A stretch of DNA of 64,000 nt, taken from the IMG/VR virus record IMGVR_UViG_3300046820_001050, positions 34,650 through 98,649 of that record; one strand, 5' to 3'. How positions within the stretch are numbered: position 1 is the stretch's first letter; each line of letters begins with the position of its first letter. The translations under genes and the position numbers were made by a program. Positions 39,001 through 47,316 of the stretch are shown piece by piece. Origin of the DNA: a virus. The notes below the pieces were generated by a model, which saw nothing but the letters and a program-made list of their open reading frames with translations, did no database searches and was not told where the DNA came from.

Positions 39001-42000
39001 TTTTCTGCATTTGAAGTGGACTCTAACTCTTTTTCTAATAACTGAATTTGTTTTCTATATTGAAACTCTGTTGCATCAGCCTGTGCTTTTGCAACAGAAA
39101 TATTGTTTACAGAAAGTGCTGCAAGTTGTGCAGCCTCTGTTCTACCACCATCCATACTCATTGGTGAGTAGTTTTTATTCATTGCATCGATAACTCTATC
39201 AGATCTCTTGTTTGTCTCCTGAACAATTTGCATTCTAACCTTTAGAGGATTATTTGCTAGATCTTCTCCGTTTACACCAATAACTTCTCTTAAGTTTCCA
39301 ACAATATCAGCAGTGTACTTTCTGCTGCCTAGTTGTACTCCTATTTGATCAGCAATGTCTGCTGCTTGTGCTGCATCTAAAACTCCATCTGAAACATATG
39401 TTGATAATTGTAAAGCAAAATCTTTTGCTGCTGCCTGTGAACCAGATTTGGACATTTCTTTTACAAAGCCATCCACCATTTTCTTTCCAATTTCTGACCT
39501 TAAGAATGTATCTCCAAAGCCAGTTCCTGCTCGTTCAACATCGTTGTATGAACCAAATGATCCCTTCTTTCTTACTTCGTCCATTGCACGAGAAGCGCCA
39601 ACCTTGTCTGTTATCTTTCCTATCTCGTCCATCTTATTAGTTGTTGCTGATATTGAATCTACATACTGGGCTTGCTTTTTAGCAGAATTTTCAAAATGCT
39701 TATTTAATAAAAACAGTCCTGCACCTGCTGCTACTATTGCAGTTGTAACCCAGCCAGTTGGCCCCATACCCGCAAGCATTGGAGCCATACCTGCAACTGT
39801 TGAAGCGCCCAGCATTGCCATACCGCCCGATGTATTGCCAGACATCATCATTGCAGATCCAGCCATGCCAAGCCCCATAGCCAATCCGCCTGATGCTACT
39901 CCAACTTTTTGTGCACGATAGTCTCTTTTTTCTTTAATCTTATTTTTTCGTGCTTGTGCATCTTGTTTTTGTGACTGCTTAAGATTGTTTAGTTTTCTTC
40001 TTTCATCTTCGTCTAATGCTTCTTGATAATACCTTGCCTGATTATAGTTAAGATTTGAAAGATGTTGCTGCTTTCTAAATCTGGCTCTTGCTTCATTAGT
40101 CTGTCTTCTGCGGTCTGCATCATCTAACTTTTGATTTCTTACTTGTTGGGTTACGGATTCTGATTTACCCTTAGCAAGTTTTGCTTCATCCTTTGCAACC
40201 TTTCTTAATACTTTATCAATTTCATCTTGGCTATATCCCTTTGCACGAAGATCTGCTGCTACTCTACCCTGGCGAACTGTAGGGTTTGGCATTGGTCTGT
40301 CTGCTTGAGAATCAAATCTTGGATCACCCGTAGCCATTCCAGGCATAGAGAATCCAGGTACAGATGCAAAACCTCTACGGAAATTTGCAAACTGTCTTCT
40401 AGTTACAACTGTTTGGTTTGGTGTTAATGATGTTCCTCTGCTATCTTTACGACTTCCGCTGCTTGGAACTGCTCCAGCCTTTGCTGCAGTAGTATTAGAA
40501 TCTGTTAATTTTTCTGTTCTTATTACTCTTTTGGTTTTTGGATCAATTGTCATCTTGGTCTCACTACCGTCAGGGTTTACTAAGACTGGCAATGTTTTAT
40601 CTGATCCACTCTTAAGGTTGAACTCTGGTTGAGGAGAACTATAGTACTTTGTGCCAAATCTATCATCGAGAACAGCCAAGACTCCCTTAGCAGTTTTTGC
40701 TGGTCCTAGTTTTGGGAACCTCTTTGGCTTTCTTCCTGCTTTTGCTTCACTGTCTTTGTATTGCTGCGCTAGAACATCAAGTTCTGCTGCTTTTTGGACT
40801 AACCTTGCTTCTCTTTCATTTGTTGGATGACCACCCTTTGACATGAACTCAGCAGCCTCAGTATAAATTCCAATCTGATTTTTTGGAATAAACGGGTGTC
40901 CATTTTTTGCACTCCAGTCTAAAATCTTGCCGTGTCTAACTGAAGCGTTCATAAACTTATTTAATATACCTAAATCAAACATAGCAGAGCCTGTTAACCA
41001 TTTAGCAGGGCCCTTACCAGGTTTTCCAGTTTTACTTATATGGGATAGTTCAGTTCTTAGTGCAGTATCAATTTCTTTTGGTTTGTATCCCAAAGCAACA
41101 AGTTTTTCTCTTACTGGCTTTAATGGATCATTTTTTCCTGCAATTTTATTTTGTTCTGTAAAGGCCTTTTCTTCAGCATCTAAAACTTGATACAACTCAG
41201 AATCTCTAGGAACGTTTCCTCTCCAAGATCCACTTTCTTTTCCTACAGGGCTAACTGCATTTCTTAATCTAGAGGCAGCATTAATTTTTTTATCGCTTAC
41301 AAATTCTCCATCTTTTTGTCTTACACCCATCTGATAAAAAACTTTTTGCATTACTTCTTCATATGTTCTTCCATAAACTCTTCCAGCATCTAAAGTTTTT
41401 TTGTCGTGATAAAGTCCATCTTTGTAAATAAGTTCCTCGTCAACAAACTTAAGCATATTGCTTTGGCTCAGATAATCTTCTAAGGTCTGTGGACCAATTA
41501 CTGCTGGTGTCCTTGCATTCATTTTTTGTTTTGCAATTGCATCTAGTACTCTTCTTTGTTGCTCTTCAGGTAGTTGCTTAAAATCTCTAGCAGCCTGAGC
41601 AGCAAGACCTTTTCTTAGTGTTGATATCTGTCTTTGTGATTCTGGAATATTTTTAAACTTTTCAAAATCTCCAAGTGCAAGTTTTTTAACACCTTCTGAT
41701 GCACGAGCATGAACTGGATGAAGTTCATCCCAGTGTACTTTTGCTCCAGCCTTAAGTCTTTCAAGCATGTTGTTGTAAACAACTTGCTCTTCTGGATTTA
41801 AATCCCCACTCCAAGACTTAATAAGTCTTTCTAGTTTTGGAATAGAACTATTAATCTCTCCTTTAATTGCATCATCATATTGTTTTGGTGTCATGCTTGC
41901 TGCAACACCTGATGTTTCTTGTGCAAAGAACTTCTTTGCGCCTCCCTTTACACCAAGCAAGTTAACAACTGCTTGCTCCTCCATGCTTGGCATTGCTTTT

Positions 42001-44915
42001 GAGAAATCTCTAAAACCAGATGCTCTATCAAACACTCCAGCCGTTCCAACATCTGCTAACACATTTCCAGACAAATTTGGTTGCTGTAAATCTTTGTCTC
42101 CTCTTAATGTTGAAGCAACTAACTGCTTAACCATATCAGACTTGCTAAACTTGCCATCCATTGCTGCTATTCTTGGATCATACGGTGATTCAATTACTAT
42201 AAACTTTCTTTGACCTGATGGATCTGTTGGGTCAATCATTGTTCTAATACTTTGTTTTGGTGCAACTAGACCATGAACCTGTCTTGCAATTTCAGTAGCA
42301 CGAACTTCTGCTAACGCAGTCTTTTCATCTATTGTTGGTTTTACTACAACAATCTTTCCATTAGGCTTTCTGTATATACCGCCAACTCCTTGAACAGGGA
42401 AACTTCTTCCAGAAAATGGCTGAAGCAGTGTCCCAAAGTTTGATGGAGGCAAAGTTCCAAATCTTCCGACACTTACTTGATCACTAATTTTTTCTACTAT
42501 CTGCCTTGACTGAGATGTTTTATCGCTTGACTTTGGCATTCCAACAAATACTGGACCAGTTGGAACTTCTGGATGAGGCTCGTTATATCCTTGTCTTGCA
42601 TCATCTCTTCTTCTATACTTTGCTTGCTGTGCTTTTCTAACTGCTGCTGGTCCATCAGATAGTGGTATTCCTCTACCTGGTCCACCAGGAAGTCTTCCAG
42701 CCATAAAACCTGGAACCTTATCCTGGAACATGGCACTAATAAGTCCTCTATATTTGTTTGTTGTATCTGTAGGAATAACTGCTTCTCCTGGAGAAAGCAT
42801 TGCTGGAACAACATCTCCTGCACCCTTTGGACCTGGAACACTCAGGATTCCCTCTGCATACTTTTTAACTGGTGGCAACTTGCTTACTGCACGTCGTGCA
42901 CCTGGTACTCCACCTGCAAACAATGAAGGATTCTGTGCAGCCATAGTTCTCATTTGTGTGCTAAGAGCATGATAGGATGCAGCAAGATTATTTACGGAAA
43001 CCTTTTCAACATTAAATACTTCGATCAATCTTGTATGTGTTTGGTGTAACTGTTGAGAGGCAGCAGCAGATTCTATCTGCTCTTGAGTCATGTAGTTAAA
43101 TCCTGCACCCATTACAGATGTCTGTCCATTTAACTTTGCTATTCCTCCACGCAGCATTGCAAAGAATTTAATAACATTTGCTACGCCGTTTGCAAGTAAA
43201 CCAAATGTCATAAGAAGTACTGGTCCAAGACCTGCAACAACTCCAACTATGACAGCAACTACCTTTTTAGTTTGATCGCTTAATCCATTAAACTTTTCAA
43301 ATATGTTACCAAAAAACTTAACAACTGGAGTTAGTGCTTCAAGAAACGCTTTACCTAATGGCATGATCTCTTGCTTGAACTGTTCTATTGCTGCCTGAAA
43401 CTTAACCCCTACTGAGTCTTCAATCTTCTTCATTTCTCGCTCAGACAAGACTGCTAATTCTTCTATAGTAGATCCTGCTAAGTCAAGTGCTCTTGATGCC
43501 TGAGTTCCATCTTTTGCAACATTTTGGAACAAGGTAGAAAGACGAGCAAACTGGAACTTTCCAAACATTTGCTCAATTGCTCTTGCACGATTAAGTGGAT
43601 CGAGTGTATCAAGTGCTTGAGCAAATCCAATAACTGTTGCCTTGATATCTCCCTGGTTTGCTTCTACAATTCCTTTAACATTGATACCAAGATCTGCAAG
43701 GAATCCTGCTGCCTTCTTGGATGGGTTAATTAGGGATGCTAGACCAGACTTTAATGCGTTAGCACCTTCAGATGCGTTGATTCCACCTTCTTTCATTGCA
43801 GTCATAAAGAATGCAAGGTCTTCAACGTTTCCGCCAAGTTGTTTAATTACTGGTGCTGCTTTTGGAATAGCGATTGTTAAATCTTCAATTGAAAGAACGG
43901 TCTGGTTTTCTACTGCGTTAAGGAAGTCAATCTTTTTTGCAAGTTCTTCGCTAGACAAACCAAAAGCATTTTGTAAAGACATAGTTGTTTCAAGTGCTTG
44001 CTGTTGTTCTACTTGTCCAAGCACTGCTAGTTTAGTTGCAGTTTCAACCTGAGTATTTAATGCTGCTCCTGCAAAACCTGCTGCTGCTGCTGTTCCAGCC
44101 ATCTCCATTGTTTTTGTAACAGAGACTCCGTACTTTGTATATTCAGTTGCTAACTTTCTAATGTTTTCAACTGCAGCATTTACTTCTGCATCATTTGTAA
44201 CTGCTGTTCCATACACACGCTTAAACTTAACAATCTCTGTTTCAAGTTCTCTAAATGCTTTTGCAGCAGATGCACCAAATAAAGCAAGTGGCATTGTAAG
44301 ACCAACCATCAACTGGCGACCTGCCCACTGAGTATTCTTACCGAAGTTCAGGAGTTGTGTTGATCCCTGCTTTAGTAATTGATTTAAGAACTGCTGTCTT
44401 TGTGCAGCATACTGAATTCTTGCTCCAAGTTCAGTAAATCTTCCACTAGCCATCTGAAGATTTTTTGGCATAATGCGAATAGCATCCATAAAGCCAGCAT
44501 TGGCTTTGTTCATCTGGATGTATTGTGCTTGTAAAGCCTTTACTCTGTCTCGTCTTGCACGGTTGATAATTTCTCGCTCTTGTGCAAAAGCCCTGCCCAT
44601 AACACGAGTGTTGGCAGTTGCTGCTGCCATTGTGTATCTGTAGTATTCACGAAGCGAAAGTTTATTTTTTTCTAAAGCAGATGTAAATGCTAGTGTACTT
44701 CCTGCAACCTTAACTTGGCTTGCAGAGAACTTTCCTGTTGCTCCAAGAGACTGAAGCAGTTGTGCGTTTAAACCTTTTTGTGCATTTGCAGCAGCCAGGT
44801 TGCCCTCAGCAAGTGATTGATGAAACTTACTGAGGCCTGCCTGAAGTTGTCGAAGTTGTGCAAGGGCGGCAGCCGTATTAAAATTAATATTTATATTAGA
44901 GTTTACATCTGCCAA
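33042..44915 (-). CDS. Tape measure protein (3957 aa) with inserted cargo domains
   Basis: TP901-type TMP core (EGGINASEGANALKSGL), TM segments, long coiled coils; follows the tail chaperones; TTG start with GGGGG SD. Confidence 0.9.
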   Translation of the reverse strand: MADVNSNININFNTAAALAQLRQLQAGLSKFHQSLAEGNLAAANAQKGLNAQLLQSLGATGKFSASQVKVAGSTLAFTSALEKNKLSLREYYRYTMAAATANTRVMGRAFAQEREIINRARRDRVKALQAQYIQMNKANAGFMDAIRIMPKNLQMASGRFTELGARIQYAAQRQQFLNQLLKQGSTQLLNFGKNTQWAGRQLMVGLTMPLALFGASAAKAFRELETEIVKFKRVYGTAVTNDAEVNAAVENIRKLATEYTKYGVSVTKTMEMAGTAAAAGFAGAALNTQVETATKLAVLGQVEQQQALETTMSLQNAFGLSSEELAKKIDFLNAVENQTVLSIEDLTIAIPKAAPVIKQLGGNVEDLAFFMTAMKEGGINASEGANALKSGLASLINPSKKAAGFLADLGINVKGIVEANQGDIKATVIGFAQALDTLDPLNRARAIEQMFGKFQFARLSTLFQNVAKDGTQASRALDLAGSTIEELAVLSEREMKKIEDSVGVKFQAAIEQFKQEIMPLGKAFLEALTPVVKFFGNIFEKFNGLSDQTKKVVAVIVGVVAGLGPVLLMTFGLLANGVANVIKFFAMLRGGIAKLNGQTSVMGAGFNYMTQEQIESAAASQQLHQTHTRLIEVFNVEKVSVNNLAASYHALSTQMRTMAAQNPSLFAGGVPGARRAVSKLPPVKKYAEGILSVPGPKGAGDVVPAMLSPGEAVIPTDTTNKYRGLISAMFQDKVPGFMAGRLPGGPGRGIPLSDGPAAVRKAQQAKYRRRDDARQGYNEPHPEVPTGPVFVGMPKSSDKTSQSRQIVEKISDQVSVGRFGTLPPSNFGTLLQPFSGRSFPVQGVGGIYRKPNGKIVVVKPTIDEKTALAEVRATEIARQVHGLVAPKQSIRTMIDPTDPSGQRKFIVIESPYDPRIAAMDGKFSKSDMVKQLVASTLRGDKDLQQPNLSGNVLADVGTAGVFDRASGFRDFSKAMPSMEEQAVVNLLGVKGGAKKFFAQETSGVAASMTPKQYDDAIKGEINSSIPKLERLIKSWSGDLNPEEQVVYNNMLERLKAGAKVHWDELHPVHARASEGVKKLALGDFEKFKNIPESQRQISTLRKGLAAQAARDFKQLPEEQQRRVLDAIAKQKMNARTPAVIGPQTLEDYLSQSNMLKFVDEELIYKDGLYHDKKTLDAGRVYGRTYEEVMQKVFYQMGVRQKDGEFVSDKKINAASRLRNAVSPVGKESGSWRGNVPRDSELYQVLDAEEKAFTEQNKIAGKNDPLKPVREKLVALGYKPKEIDTALRTELSHISKTGKPGKGPAKWLTGSAMFDLGILNKFMNASVRHGKILDWSAKNGHPFIPKNQIGIYTEAAEFMSKGGHPTNEREARLVQKAAELDVLAQQYKDSEAKAGRKPKRFPKLGPAKTAKGVLAVLDDRFGTKYYSSPQPEFNLKSGSDKTLPVLVNPDGSETKMTIDPKTKRVIRTEKLTDSNTTAAKAGAVPSSGSRKDSRGTSLTPNQTVVTRRQFANFRRGFASVPGFSMPGMATGDPRFDSQADRPMPNPTVRQGRVAADLRAKGYSQDEIDKVLRKVAKDEAKLAKGKSESVTQQVRNQKLDDADRRRQTNEARARFRKQQHLSNLNYNQARYYQEALDEDERRKLNNLKQSQKQDAQARKNKIKEKRDYRAQKVGVASGGLAMGLGMAGSAMMMSGNTSGGMAMLGASTVAGMAPMLAGMGPTGWVTTAIVAAGAGLFLLNKHFENSAKKQAQYVDSISATTNKMDEIGKITDKVGASRAMDEVRKKGSFGSYNDVERAGTGFGDTFLRSEIGKKMVDGFVKEMSKSGSQAAAKDFALQLSTYVSDGVLDAAQAADIADQIGVQLGSRKYTADIVGNLREVIGVNGEDLANNPLKVRMQIVQETNKRSDRVIDAMNKNYSPMSMDGGRTEAAQLAALSVNNISVAKAQADATEFQYRKQIQLLEKELESTSNAEKLLKIKEKIAGLEEKMADDMVVANNAVVVQMDREKKRFKDNIQNVDSFKSNKKETAYFSSLKSKVKDTYKGTGFETSVGTTLEKLAKLSDKTLKLGDGNATKGGFKTQMAAQDFEVDMSLLLANKVLNPDQMDTFLLMFEGKLPELSQTLKVGMQRQGAGPTIEILEYFSAFKDGDAAATISTKIINSDKKTFNEIGETLAVLRVLDGHEINMEAFLSMKDSDGKPIGYDMLVKLSQDLKTIDGMPKKIDKAIILDYFVNGKGKGMKGMTESNLEVLFSKWKDFDKLPDFAQKEAVSKFKTIMETVFADEASRLAFYSKYAQKATGGDTTATGHLTSLMYNAKNADETLVDRVAASTKTYIGENGEVVVNSSGNADSGGGSGAGNDPLAFLAPLAMALKNVRDNAFNALTPVKSLLELLKDNKTKKNAFTLFDGIQHRLLKLGVGQELRDAVASMSAEDFAKVAALPKDKAMFTFEKGKPRSKDSISGLGPLGEATDKAIKAKDLGNFDIANATIIKDIENQTKAYAILVGSGLSAAKALEVVADTGQAAAIAAGAIDTSSPAWQTYINNIKTANTELERQAVLNKAIKANEEFGLYAKMPELVSKMKELGYSTDQIDAVLGDPELAKFLVEDLKDGKLEAKEIAETLNNIEARKIIDIQILLNKGALKEASDKGREVVDELFAAQEALIRTGPEAMQLKGNQRQIRDLEGQIAPFQRRIAELNDEIEDGQRVIEESYTRPIEDLNEEINDLNRDLEMNPFFGDRAIKKIQDENTMLSNDLEIINHAADEVNKRYDEQAEALSKVQEINQNILDQQKQQLGLADALTQGDISAAAQAAQDMRATSASQFASGQSDALEQARKNALGSLVGPQSGLTQDQISEKQFQNAQAIYRMETDPRRLEILKQIQDKQDEIYKKEELREAALRKIRDLEDKIWNIEENSIEPLQERIDALNYTNKLLQDSIDKQIEGLRVLGKTRDEWDRINAMLDMDAATKRALAQSADLAALLSAAETLNMTWADILAKMAQYANGIPGAVQNAMNQIGGVGAEAYVAPQETQATISEAEKFDNTVQALDAAIAAYESAVASGNMYRVRNAGIALAAIQSAYDATLPEVDPNAKPGGGLTGKYGMLYQADGGFIPKGTDTVPAMLTPGEFVVRKSAVDQYGQDFLNDINVQRFSTGGTVGAPHGLGMSSMGSRSTNTQDERATSLFDKKIWEKTANFFSLPSIAKTALDIAKYGGIPQMFAAKAMGAETKSSLKDNLNAALAVAPVPGLKAVKPAINKLGSIIPKTIKESLGKNGIDIFNKILNKANAVTTTKPNTSLVEEKLTTNTNTVSSKESNMDDWGSWDSDNWVMPKQPWDTRLGMKIQGMNPIRNKIANAVYSPRRFFENLSPKISQAWRLGEKEPTINNSFLSTKLGSLVAAKVAPTVADLGKALNPKRLIDTPLDERSYLQRSMVSGENGKKTASYGNAFKNIASDITSPITSRFNKVKDSATNFLIGKYEKTNFGRNMSLSRQIADVGGDNADELVKHYKTQAILDSIPGGLGALIQMKRGIHRHGKLIEDLPSPLERFLASKFDGAKTPMNAYGPGLYSATSPATSKQFFNTFGDNQYGIDLTPKAMFKVLTSKGFIDPPKMAKYKENYIKTTGTQPRDMGNINADTTDPFMQSLMRDGYIGYRHGDAYTNWGVGNIPGMRLKFKDGPDLKAVVKDGKTVFVPRTDIPKIVEPNLNNTQKIGTNKSLIAKASALAAAITGLSLFKTSEARADEYFPPKPKSAYDSDNKPTGSPTSRYWGELERLHQQSPLGFDTKGKPIFNDAGKDPWGGTEIPGLPFNGKVANFSDYFHQLAEQPKKSISNPMDVDKSLRPLVGSGASMGGSGNGFYGLQMFSKGGLVPKYFAEGGYASGTDTVPAMLTPGEFVMSRYAVQSHGADTMRAINSGQSAGDSVYNYSISVNVKSDANPDEIARVVMTQIKGIDSQKLRGNRL

Positions 44916-44934
44916 TTCTCATGCACCCCCTTAT

Positions 44935-45261
44935 TTATTTGTTTAGCGAATTAAGCAATGCTCCTGCATCGGAGTTTTGAAGTCCTGATGCTACATCGAT
45001 AATTTGATAAACAGTTGGAAGGTCTAGAAGATCCTCTAGCGCTTCTCTGTCTTCTGCCAATTCTGGCTTGAATTGCTTTAGTGCGATTTGTGCACAATCA
45101 ATAAGGATATCCATTGACTTATCATTATCATCTGATGACTCTGCTAATAGAGAAAACTTAGCCATGAATGGTCTAAGCAATGATAACTTAAGTGGTCTTG
45201 CTACAATCTCTGTACCGTCGATTAGTGTGATACTTTTGCTGTTTAAAGGCTTGTCAGCCAT
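44935..45261 (-). CDS. Tail assembly chaperone, short (gpG-like)
   Basis: Immediately before the TMP; strong AAGGAGG SD; paralogous to the N-terminal half of 45291..45995. Confidence 0.7.
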   Translation of the reverse strand: MADKPLNSKSITLIDGTEIVARPLKLSLLRPFMAKFSLLAESSDDNDKSMDILIDCAQIALKQFKPELAEDREALEDLLDLPTVYQIIDVASGLQNSDAGALLNSLNK

Positions 45262-45290
45262 AGTGTTCCTCCTTGTAGGTTAACAATTAA

Positions 45291-45995
45291 TTATACCATG
45301 CTGGAGGGTGTAGATTCGTCTAATTTTTCGTAGGTTAATCCCATGCCAATTCCAAAACCAGCCTTTTGTGCATTATATCCCTGAAGTGCAACAATATCTT
45401 TAGAATCAGATGCTTGTCCACCACTGAATACTCTGGCTTTCATTTCTTCCCAGGCATTTTGTTTTCCACTGGCTTCGTCTAAGTTAACACCTTGCATAGC
45501 AGCAAGAAACTTCTTTTGAGAATAATCAAGATCTCTCTTAGTCTTAAGTGTTGCCATTATCTCTGGCATTGACATAGATGATTCTAACTCATCGTAGTCT
45601 TTCCAAATCCCCAGCAAAAATACCTCTGCTTCTATCTCTGCTAAATCTAAGTCATCCCAAGTAGAGCCACTTTCAGTTGCTTGCTCTTTTACTGGCTCTT
45701 CTGATTTTTCGTTTATTTTTATTCCTGCTGAATAATCTAATAGTTTATATATTGTTGGCATGTCAATATTATCCTCAAGTTGCTCTTGAGTCTTTATGCT
45801 TGGATAATATTGTCTCATTGTTATTGTTGCACATCTACATAAAGAGTCAATTGCCTCTGTATCATTTCTTGCTTCTTTAACACTTTCAAACTCACTTAAA
45901 AATAACTTTAAGTATTTTATCTTTAATGGCGTTATATACAACTCTGTTCCATCAAAGAGTTCGATGGTGGAGGTTTTGTATATTTCTGTAGGCAT
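45291..45995 (-). CDS. Tail assembly chaperone, long (gpGT-like)
   Basis: Between major tail and TMP; G-like N-terminal half plus T-like C-terminal half (W..Y.ELE..MS..E); leaderless start MPTEI. Confidence 0.7.
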   Translation of the reverse strand: MPTEIYKTSTIELFDGTELYITPLKIKYLKLFLSEFESVKEARNDTEAIDSLCRCATITMRQYYPSIKTQEQLEDNIDMPTIYKLLDYSAGIKINEKSEEPVKEQATESGSTWDDLDLAEIEAEVFLLGIWKDYDELESSMSMPEIMATLKTKRDLDYSQKKFLAAMQGVNLDEASGKQNAWEEMKARVFSGGQASDSKDIVALQGYNAQKAGFGIGMGLTYEKLDESTPSSMV

Positions 45996-46009
45996 TGTAT
46001 AAGTATACC

Positions 46010-46046
46010 AAACAGAAAGGCCCAACCCCGAAGGATTGAGCCTCTC
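46010..46046 (-). terminator. Terminator after major tail gene
   Basis: AGGCTCAATCC-TTCG-GGGTTGGGCCT stem with a cUUCGg tetraloop, then TTCTGTTT. Confidence 0.8.
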
Positions 46047-46061
46047 GTATATTAAGTTATA

Positions 46062-46685
46062 TTATGCTGCTGGGATAGTGCGGTCTACGATCTTACCGTA
46101 TGATGCATTATCATTTGGAAGAAGACGGAATGATACTTCGAACATTGTCGCTTCGTCTCTCTTTGCAGATACTGTTACGCTCTCGATTGAGAGTGCACGG
46201 TATGCTACGTAAACTCTTTCGAGTTCGTCTCCAATTGCACAATCTCCAGTTCCTGGACCAACTGCAACCAAACCACGTTCGACTGGGCATTCGCCGATGT
46301 CTCCTGCTGAAAGATTAAGTGTTGGGTTTCCTGATACTGTTGCTAGATCTGCATCCTTGCCTGCTAGTGCAAACAATAGGTTCTCTAGTGTTGATTCTGC
46401 GAATGTAGTATTTAGGTTTACCTGCATGCCTTGCTTGAACAACTTAGCAACGTCAAGTACCTGGTCTACTGCTACTTCACCGAAATCTGGCTGGAATTGA
46501 ATTTCCAAACCATTCATTGTGTAACCAACATTGCGGAAGTCTGCATCATTAGAAAGTGTCTCTCTGTATGATGTTCCTGCCACATATGCTGGAAGTGCGT
46601 TATCTGTTAGTACGCCATCTTCATGTGTGAAGAGGGCTGCTGCTCCAACAATAATATTGTTGCTGCTACCACGTGTATATGCCAT
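46062..46685 (-). CDS. Major tail (tube) protein
   Basis: VGYT..GLE...QPD...V.VDQ motif; strong GAGGTGA SD; followed by a terminator. Confidence 0.85.
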   Translation of the reverse strand: MAYTRGSSNNIIVGAAALFTHEDGVLTDNALPAYVAGTSYRETLSNDADFRNVGYTMNGLEIQFQPDFGEVAVDQVLDVAKLFKQGMQVNLNTTFAESTLENLLFALAGKDADLATVSGNPTLNLSAGDIGECPVERGLVAVGPGTGDCAIGDELERVYVAYRALSIESVTVSAKRDEATMFEVSFRLLPNDNASYGKIVDRTIPAA

Positions 46686-46755
46686 TTATTTCACCTCTTT
46701 ATTTTCTTATGGATTAAAGGGGCTTGTTTCCTCATATTAAGTATAACATGCCTTT

Positions 46756-47316
46756 TTATGGGTTTACAATTGAGTTTTCTTGGTGGTACTCGAAGTCTAT
46801 AATTATCTTGTTTCCGCCATATGTTCTGGCTGTTCCGAAATCTATTATATCTCTGACTTCTTCTAATTGATATACCCTAAACTTATGGAAAAAGAATTTA
46901 CAATCCATTCCATCTATTGGTCCTTTGGCCTTGGCCCATTTGTTAATCTCTTCTGCGGTCTCATCTTCACGATCCATTAGTCTTAGTACTGCCTCCTGTA
47001 CCCTAACCATTTGCTCAGTAACTTCTGACTCTGTTGCATAAAAATAGTATAACAACTGCTCTTGCTTTATGTGTGGGAAAGGTGATCGACGCATTCGCAC
47101 TAATCTATCCCAGGTGGCCATAATTCCTTTATATGGATATATGTTGTTTTCTACTGTTATCCAAGATTCTGTTAATTCGTCAATAGATGCTGGTCTTGAT
47201 GGGAAAAAAGGAACACCTATACCAACATCAAGTGTTTCATCTGCTGCCATCTTTTCTTGTAAATATTTGTTGATCCAGAGTGTTGGTGTATTAAAAGTTG
47301 AACTTGATTCTGCCAT
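46756..47316 (-). CDS. Putative tail terminator/completion protein
   Basis: Synteny (gene before major tail) and size. Confidence 0.55.
   Translation of the reverse strand: MAESSSTFNTPTLWINKYLQEKMAADETLDVGIGVPFFPSRPASIDELTESWITVENNIYPYKGIMATWDRLVRMRRSPFPHIKQEQLLYYFYATESEVTEQMVRVQEAVLRLMDREDETAEEINKWAKAKGPIDGMDCKFFFHKFRVYQLEEVRDIIDFGTARTYGGNKIIIDFEYHQENSIVNP

Noticed and set aside
45262-45300. Programmed frameshift joining the two tail chaperone genes
   Set aside because: The genes are separated by a stop codon, a promoter and a strong SD, and no slippery heptamer was seen at the junction.
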